The notes below the pieces were generated by a model that saw only the letters and a list, made by a program, of their open reading frames with translations, was not told the origin of the DNA and did no database searches. Of a DNA stretch of 64,000 nucleotides, positions 58,183 to 64,000 are shown in pieces. How positions within the stretch are numbered: position 1 is the first letter of the stretch; each line of letters opens with the position of its first letter. Location of the stretch: positions 3,552,001 to 3,616,000 of the forward strand of contig OZ219926.1 of the NCBI GenBank assembly GCA_964291405.2. Reading direction: 5' to 3'. The stretch comes from Thermodesulfobacteriota bacterium. Its GTDB lineage: Bacteria > Desulfobacterota > Binatia > Bin18. A program made the translations under genes and the position numbers.

Positions 58183-58464
58183 CTAACTCCCTGTCTCAGA
58201 TCCCGCACCCGCGGATGTCTCGTTGGTGAGTGGAACCTCAATGCGCTGTCTTCCCAGGACCGTGAGTGAGTACGTGCGGTTGCGAGTCGTTCCTCGCGCC
58301 GTCAGAAGTCCCTCTTTGACAAGGCGACTGAGATGTTTGTTGACAGCTTGACGGGAGATCCCGAATTGGAAAGCTGTGGAACGGGCAATGTGTTGTGAAT
58401 TGGAATCAACGTGCTCCAAGATATAGCGGCGAACGAGTCGTCCCCGCTCTCGTATTCCTGCCAT
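58183..58464 (-). pseudogene. Winged-HTH protein, probably a truncated N-terminal fragment of a larger wHTH-ATPase-STAS-like protein
   Basis: FGISRQAVNKHLSRLVKEGLL...G.TRNRTY.L wHTH followed by a low-complexity tail; AT-rich upstream DNA. Confidence 0.55.
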
Positions 58465-58625
58465 GGTTTTTAGTGCTCTTCTTTATATCTGTTAATTTTT
58501 ATGCATACTGTTTGCATCCAAGAGACCTCTGCCTATCCGAGAGCACCTTTACCGTCAATCTTCACATTTCGCCTTATAAGCCGCTTGCTTGAGGGGCCGA
58601 GCATCTCGGCTTCCTTCCTCGATTT

Positions 58626-58650
58626 GGGCAACCACGGGGGCTGCCCTTAA
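58626..58650. repeat. REP-like palindrome (degenerate)
   Basis: GGGCAACCACGGGGGCTGCCCTTAA, a GGGCA/TGCCC hairpin resembling GTAG-family REPs with a decayed CTAC foot. Confidence 0.5.
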
Positions 58651-58715
58651 GGAACACGGAGGCGGGCAGGGTGTCCGCGACTCCAGAGGGTAGAGGGAAC
58701 TTTCGTCGTGCGTGG

Positions 58716-60530
58716 CTATGCGTCGGCGACGCGCATGGCTGCCCGAAGGGCTGTGGTGGCCGCTTCGTCAATCGTCCTGGTTGCGATATCCACAACCACA
58801 CCATAGACGCTACGCGCCTTCTCCACAGAGATATACTCGTCCAGCGTATCGTCGAGGACCTCTTGTACGGGACGGTCGAGCGGATTACCCCAACCGCCGC
58901 CGCCGGTGGTTTCAAACCAGAAGGTGTCACCATAGGAGAGCTTGTGACCGCGCAGCAGGGGATTGAGCCAGCGATTGTCCTCGGTCAGACCGCCGACAAT
59001 GTTTTGCGTGCCATCCGCACGGAGGTGCCACAGCCGTTGGGGCGAACTCCGCTGTCCGCCGTTCACGCCTGGGGTGCCCTCGCGCGTACGGGCCGTTTCC
59101 ACGCTCATCGCGCCCTCGCAGAGGAAGCGGATTTTGAGATGGGACCCAACCCCGCCCCGATGGTGGCCGTCCCCGGCCGAGTCTTGCCGAATATCAAAAG
59201 CTTCATAGGCAATCGGGAACATCAGCTCTGCGGTCTCCGCTTCCATATTCATGCAGTTGCCCAGCGGATCCATGGTGACATTCATGCCGTCATTAAACGG
59301 GGTCCCGCCCCAGCCGCCGGCCGGCAGGTCCGAGAAGACATCGGTTTTCCCGTCCGGCTCACGCACGCCACACACAAACCAGTTGCAGTCGCCGCACGCG
59401 GAGCCGACCGCGCGGTCGGGCAGGGCGTTGGCAATCGCCTGCCAGACCGCGCTGGCAACTTTCGGGGCGGCCAGCACCGTACAGCCGATGGTCGGGGCCG
59501 GCCATTTGGGGTTCAGCCAGCAGTCGTCGGGTAAGACCACGCTGATCGGGTTGAACATGCCCTCGTTTTGCGGCGCGCTGGGTTCCAGGAAAAACTGGAG
59601 GGAGTAAAAGACCGCAGAGTGGGTATTGGCCTTGGGCGAGTTGATAGCGCCAAGACACTGGGGGTCGGAGCCGGTCAGGTCTACGGTGATATCCGAGTCT
59701 TTGACCGTCAGGGTCACTTTGACTTTGACAGGATCATCGCTCTGGCCGTCGGTATCGGCATAATCCTCGCCGGTATATACCCCGTCCGGGATACTCTCGA
59801 TTTTCTTGCGGACAATCCGCTCGGTATAGGCAATCAGCTCGGCCATGGCGGCCTTGATCGTCTCCAGACCGTACCGCTCGGCCGCGGACTGCATTTCTTC
59901 TTCTGCGGCTTTAAGACAGCCGACATGGGCCTGGAGGTCACCCTGGATAAAATGCGGGGTGCGCGTATTGGCCAGCAGAATCTTGAGGATTTCCGGCTTG
60001 ACCTCATTGTTTTCAAAGGCTTTGATGGGCGGCAGGCGAAGCCCCTCTTCCGCGATATGCGTGCCCCACGACTGGCCGCCCGGCGCCCCGCCACCAAAGT
60101 CCATCCAATGACCCCGGCTGACCGCAAAGCCCAGCAGCTCCGTGTCTTTGTAAAAAATCGGCTTAATCCAGGAGATGTCGTTAATATGGGTGCCGCCCCG
60201 GTACGGGTCGTTGACCACATAGATGTCGCCGTCCTTCATATTCTCGATGCCGAACTCGTCCCGCACGGCATGGGCCGAAAACTTCATGGCCGCCAGATGG
60301 ACGGGAACATTGGCGGCTTGGCTCAACAGCCGCATCTCCGGGTCATAAATGGCGTTTGAGAAATCAACCATATCGGACAGAATCGGCGAGAACGACGCTC
60401 GTTGGAGCACCGCGGTCATCCGATCGCAGGTATACTCAAACAGATTCCGCAAGACCTCAAAGGTAATATGATCGAGTCCTGTCCGGTTTTTAATGCTGTC
60501 GCCCGTTTTTTCGAGTGCGCTGGATTGCAT
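58716..60530 (-). CDS. Hydantoinase B/oxoprolinase family protein
   Basis: DFSNAI, PVH, NDPY.GGTH.ND, HW.D.GG, EEGL, DSAG.G..RGG and GGGGWG.P; AGGAGG 6 nt before ATG 60530. Confidence 0.93.
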   Translation of the reverse strand: MQSSALEKTGDSIKNRTGLDHITFEVLRNLFEYTCDRMTAVLQRASFSPILSDMVDFSNAIYDPEMRLLSQAANVPVHLAAMKFSAHAVRDEFGIENMKDGDIYVVNDPYRGGTHINDISWIKPIFYKDTELLGFAVSRGHWMDFGGGAPGGQSWGTHIAEEGLRLPPIKAFENNEVKPEILKILLANTRTPHFIQGDLQAHVGCLKAAEEEMQSAAERYGLETIKAAMAELIAYTERIVRKKIESIPDGVYTGEDYADTDGQSDDPVKVKVTLTVKDSDITVDLTGSDPQCLGAINSPKANTHSAVFYSLQFFLEPSAPQNEGMFNPISVVLPDDCWLNPKWPAPTIGCTVLAAPKVASAVWQAIANALPDRAVGSACGDCNWFVCGVREPDGKTDVFSDLPAGGWGGTPFNDGMNVTMDPLGNCMNMEAETAELMFPIAYEAFDIRQDSAGDGHHRGGVGSHLKIRFLCEGAMSVETARTREGTPGVNGGQRSSPQRLWHLRADGTQNIVGGLTEDNRWLNPLLRGHKLSYGDTFWFETTGGGGWGNPLDRPVQEVLDDTLDEYISVEKARSVYGVVVDIATRTIDEAATTALRAAMRVADA

Positions 60531-60568
60531 GACCATCCTCCTGCAAATGGAACACTGATTCTGCCCGA

Positions 60569-62626
60569 CTATCGTCCTACCTGTATAATAAGATTACCCT
60601 GGGTATCAATAGTTGCCTGCGCGCCGGGCGGCAGCACGGCCACCGAATCCAGATATTCCAGAATCGCCGGTCCCCGAAGCTCTGCGCCGGGCTGGAGAAT
60701 TTGGCCGTTGTAAATCGGACAGTCGATCCATTCTCCAGAGAAATACACCGAGCGAGCGCTTTTCATGGCCACGACATTTTCTGCGGCGACACTTTTATAG
60801 GGAGGCAGGGCTGCGGTTGGCGCTGTCGCTGCGAGACTCAGAGAAACAAACGCCGGGTCGAAGATATCCGAACTGACCCCATGCTCCTGCTTGTGTACGG
60901 CGTGAAAGGTATCGGCAATGGTGACAAGGGCATCCTTGGTGAGCGCGCCGCCCGGAATGGGGGTTTCAATTTCATATGTCTGGCCCACATAGCGCATCTG
61001 GGCGGTGCGGTTGATGAGCACATTTCCCGCTGAGACATTATCGCGAGCGAGCAGAGTACGGGCCGTCCGTTCGAGTTCGGCATACACGCTATTCAGTCGG
61101 TCCAGGTCAACCTCCCCAATCGGGGCGTACATGAATTGCTCGACGTCCTGGCGGACATCCATGACGGTTGCTCCAAAGGCCGAGGCCACCCCGGCGGCCG
61201 CCGGGACGATGACTTTCGGAATATTCATGGCCCGGGCAACAAAGCAGGCGTGCATGGGCCCGGCTCCACCAAAACTGGTCAGCACAAAATCGCGCGGGTC
61301 ACGGCCTCTATTAATAATGACCCTTTTGACGGCCTGGGCCATAATCTCACAGCTGATCTGGATCATGGCGTCCGCGGTCTCGACCGTCGACAGGCCCAGT
61401 TGCTCAGCAACGGTACTCACCGCCTGTTCAGCCGCCTGCCGGTCCAGATTGATTTTTCCCCCCAGGGTCGGCTCCAGACGGCCGAGCAGCAGGTTGGCGT
61501 CCGTGATCGTCGGCTCGGTCCCCCCGTTGCCATAACAGGCCGGTCCTGGTTGCGAACCGGCGCTGCGCGGCCCCACCCGGAGCGAGCCGCCGCCATCCAC
61601 CCAGCCGATCGAGCCACCGCCGGCACCCACGCTGTGGATGTCGAGCATGGGCAGGATGATCGGCAGCTCAAATTCGAGTTCATACTCGCGGGTGACGAGT
61701 CCCTTGCCATCTTCGACTATCGAGGCGTCAAAACTCGTGCCGCCCATGTCCGCGCAAATAATACTGGGCTCGTGTATGGCATCGGCCAGATAGCCGGCAT
61801 AGGCCACCCCACCGGCCGGTCCGGACTCCAGCAGCTCTTCCGGATGTTCCTTGGCCAGATCGACACCCATCACGCCGCCGCTGCTTTTGAGAATCAACAG
61901 GGAGCCGTCAAAGCCTTGTTGGGTGAGGCGTTCCAGCAGATGATCGAAATAGGCTCCCATCACCGGCTTGAGCGCGGCGCTCACCGCAGTGGTGACAAAG
62001 CGACCGTGCTCGCGGAACAGGGGTCGCGTCTCGCCCGACAGCATAATATGCGCGTCAGGAATGTGTTCGAGCAGGATGTCGCGCATCTGCCGCTCATGAT
62101 CGGCGTTGACATAGGAATTGATGAAACACACCGCAATGGAGCGGATTCCCTCCGCCTTGATTGTTTCGGCCACCTGCTGCGCGGCCGCGGTATCGAGTGG
62201 GCGTTCTTCTTTCCCCTTGACGTTAATGCGTTGCGGGACCGTGTAGCGATAGCGACGCCGAATGAGCGGTTTGGGTTTGACCTGATAGGGGTCGTACAGG
62301 TCTTTCCGATGCTGACGGCCGATTTCAATAGTATCGCGAAAGCCCTGGGTGGTGACCAGGGCCGGGGCCGGGTAGGAGCGCTCGATCAGGGCATTGGTTG
62401 CGGTGGTCGTGCCATGGACCAGGCAGGAGATCTGGTCAAACGGAATACCCGATTGCTCGACCGCTTCAAGAGAATCCCGGGCGGCCTTTTTGACGGCCTC
62501 AATGACACCAACGGAGCGGTCCCAGGGGGTGGTCAGAACCTTGGCCGTGACGCGCTCACCGGTCGTTTCCTCCCAGCCAAACAGGTCGGTAAATGTTCCG
62601 CCAACATCGACGCCTACCCGCCACAT
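60569..62626 (-). CDS. Hydantoinase A/oxoprolinase family protein (ATP-binding)
   Basis: VDVGGTFTD, HGTTTATNA, SGPAGG, DMGGTS.D, VGPRSAGS.PGPACY and FGGAG. Confidence 0.94.
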   Translation of the reverse strand: MWRVGVDVGGTFTDLFGWEETTGERVTAKVLTTPWDRSVGVIEAVKKAARDSLEAVEQSGIPFDQISCLVHGTTTATNALIERSYPAPALVTTQGFRDTIEIGRQHRKDLYDPYQVKPKPLIRRRYRYTVPQRINVKGKEERPLDTAAAQQVAETIKAEGIRSIAVCFINSYVNADHERQMRDILLEHIPDAHIMLSGETRPLFREHGRFVTTAVSAALKPVMGAYFDHLLERLTQQGFDGSLLILKSSGGVMGVDLAKEHPEELLESGPAGGVAYAGYLADAIHEPSIICADMGGTSFDASIVEDGKGLVTREYELEFELPIILPMLDIHSVGAGGGSIGWVDGGGSLRVGPRSAGSQPGPACYGNGGTEPTITDANLLLGRLEPTLGGKINLDRQAAEQAVSTVAEQLGLSTVETADAMIQISCEIMAQAVKRVIINRGRDPRDFVLTSFGGAGPMHACFVARAMNIPKVIVPAAAGVASAFGATVMDVRQDVEQFMYAPIGEVDLDRLNSVYAELERTARTLLARDNVSAGNVLINRTAQMRYVGQTYEIETPIPGGALTKDALVTIADTFHAVHKQEHGVSSDIFDPAFVSLSLAATAPTAALPPYKSVAAENVVAMKSARSVYFSGEWIDCPIYNGQILQPGAELRGPAILEYLDSVAVLPPGAQATIDTQGNLIIQVGR

Positions 62627-62679
62627 ATGCTGACATACTCCTTTCGGTGATTCCTTCGCCCTTGCTCCGTGCGCCATGG

Positions 62680-62892
62680 TCAGGCGAGCATCAAGCGTTC
62701 ACCCTTGGGCTGCGGTACAGGATCTCCGTATTCCCGCGCCGTATCAATCCATAATTGTATGGCTTCCTTGATGTGTTGGAGCGCGGCTTCCTGACTGTCG
62801 CCATGTGCCATACATCCCGGCAGTTCAGGCACTTCGGCAACGAACACCTGATCCTCGTTACTCCAGTAGAGAATGATCTCAAACTTATGCAT
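62680..62892 (-). CDS. hicB: HicB antitoxin (short form)
   Basis: YWS.ED..FVAEVPELPGCMAHG...EA..W...G.PVP.P. Confidence 0.92.
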   Translation of the reverse strand: MHKFEIILYWSNEDQVFVAEVPELPGCMAHGDSQEAALQHIKEAIQLWIDTAREYGDPVPQPKGERLMLA

Positions 62893-63146
62893 CAGTCGCC
62901 CTCTCCCAGGTGATATCTCAGGATCAAGCGGCGGATTTGCCGGACCTGATACGGCTTTGCATGGCCGCCGTCCCGTTGCAAGTTGGGTTTCTCCATGAGT
63001 CCCTGCTTTCGGTAGATATAATGACTGCCGCGTATGCGCTCGTCAAATCCCATCGCTTTCAACAGGGCGCGTAGCTCATCGAATCGGATATGAGCATCCG
63101 ACCGGCCGCTGAGAATCTTCTGAAGAAGCTGCCCGTGTCTACTCAT
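62892..63146 (-). CDS. hicA: HicA toxin
   Basis: GF..RIRGSH and AKPYQVRQ; its stop overlaps the hicB ATG (TGATG). Confidence 0.9.
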   Translation of the reverse strand: MSRHGQLLQKILSGRSDAHIRFDELRALLKAMGFDERIRGSHYIYRKQGLMEKPNLQRDGGHAKPYQVRQIRRLILRYHLGEGD

Positions 63147-63176
63147 GCCAAGCACCGCCTCAAACGTAGTAGTGGG

Positions 63177-63206
63177 GTAGGTCGGATTAGCGAAACGTAA
63201 TCCGAC
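63177..63206 (+). repeat. GTAG-family REP element
   Basis: GTAG foot followed by a perfect 9-bp stem GTCGGATTA-GCGAAACG-TAATCCGAC. Confidence 0.75.
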
Positions 63207-63212
63207 ATGGGG

Positions 63213-64000
63213 CTAAACGTCCTCGGCAAAGTAATTTTCGTCCATCTTTTTGATCTCATAGGTAGATTCGGTGACTACGCCGACGCCGTGCTGGATCATC
63301 AATTTTACCAACTCTTGTCCGTCAATCAGCCGAATGAACTTGCCGCTCGCTGAAATCGTCTGGGCGGTTTGTTCGGCGGTGTTGCTAAAGGTTGAGGTGG
63401 TAATGAGGACGCCTTTCGCGGCCCCTTCGGGGTCGAGGCTGCCGGAGAAGTTGCGGACCACTGGCTCGCCGACTTGATTAGACCAACATTTAGCTTGAAT
63501 ATAGACTTTCTCCAAGCCGAGCGGGTCCTGATCTATGATGCCGTCTATGCCTCCGTCGCCGCTACCCCCGACTACCTGACCCTCCCCGTAGCCCATTTCC
63601 TCCAGCAAGTTGACTACTAATTGCTCGAATTGGTCCGGCGCCAATTCCTTAATTTTTCCCAGCAACTCCTCTTCGAGGTTGGTCCGTAGTTGCTGGTAGA
63701 CCTGCTTCATCAGTTCCTTCTTGGGCGCGGCATTGGTGTCATGGTCAATGCCGGTATCCGCCGTTTCGGTTGCGTTGTCATTGGCTTGTTGAGACGCTAC
63801 ATGGAGCTGACGCAGATCAGCCGAGGTTATCTTGCCTTTATGTATATTGAGAAAATTCCGGCCCTGTTGAGTAATATACCAAGGGCCGCGTGGCGGATTA
63901 TGCATTAAGCCGGCTGTTTTCAAAGACCACAACGACCAGTCAGTCCGTTTTTTTATTAGTCGTGTCCCAGATGGAATCTTTTCTTGTCGCTCCTCATCCG
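63213..64000 (-). CDS. mrr: Mrr-family type IV restriction endonuclease, 5'-partial
   Basis: FEQLV..LL..MGY, DGGIDG, YIQAK, KGVLITTSTF and LIDG..L..LM; the frame is open to the window edge. Confidence 0.92.
   Translation of the reverse strand, partial: DEERQEKIPSGTRLIKKRTDWSLWSLKTAGLMHNPPRGPWYITQQGRNFLNIHKGKITSADLRQLHVASQQANDNATETADTGIDHDTNAAPKKELMKQVYQQLRTNLEEELLGKIKELAPDQFEQLVVNLLEEMGYGEGQVVGGSGDGGIDGIIDQDPLGLEKVYIQAKCWSNQVGEPVVRNFSGSLDPEGAAKGVLITTSTFSNTAEQTAQTISASGKFIRLIDGQELVKLMIQHGVGVVTESTYEIKKMDENYFAEDV

Noticed and set aside
62455-62505. Apparent EAVKKA/EAVEQS internal repeat in hydantoinase A
   Set aside because: The DNA copies are dissimilar, and it cannot be told apart from an ordinary helical insertion without an alignment.
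61136-62650. 504-aa plus-strand ORF, and similar long antisense ORFs (246..1247, 26176..27240, 39392..40486, 41317..42300, 58671..59534)
   Set aside because: They lie antisense to well-supported genes and have no motifs or SD. They are typical shadow ORFs of GC-rich coding DNA.
1-64000. tRNA, rRNA, riboswitch, integrase or transposase
   Set aside because: None was recognised by eye in intergenic regions or ORFs. A covariance-model scan (Infernal/Rfam) would be needed to exclude small RNAs.

Overview
A gene-dense bacterial chromosomal window with moderately high GC and about 68 genes. It is dominated by catabolic and redox enzymes: five luciferase-like (LLM) oxidoreductases (two of the F420-dependent type), an F420H2-dependent FDOR-A, three Rieske oxygenases, metal-dependent amidohydrolases, SDRs, GSTs, AKRs, amidases, two SfnB/DszC-like monooxygenases and hydantoinase A/B. 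It also holds a few housekeeping genes (lysA, argC, ppk2, sixA, an rRNA methyltransferase) and a defence-like right end (hicAB, partial mrr). I found no rRNA, tRNA, CRISPR array, transposase, transporter or intact transcription factor. The enzyme mix resembles Binatota/Tectomicrobia-like genomes, but that is only an inference. Main observations: (1) an AhpD/CMD-family selenoprotein (CxxU, in-frame UGA at 3442-3444, SECIS-like hairpin) that the ORF track splits in two; (2) an uncharacterised basic/acidic small-gene pair with a probable leaderless promoter, resembling a toxin-antitoxin or toxin-immunity module; (3) a cyclase-TM-TolB-TPR gene broken at a G7 run; (4) a duplicated hydrolase half-gene bracketing a GNAT remnant and a methyltransferase, probably a recombination scar; (5) an exact in-frame 81-bp duplication of an RBS and start codon, next to a frameshifted esterase; (6) a secreted TIMP-like protein; (7) two unusual catabolic operons. 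All family calls come from motif recognition; no database searches were run.
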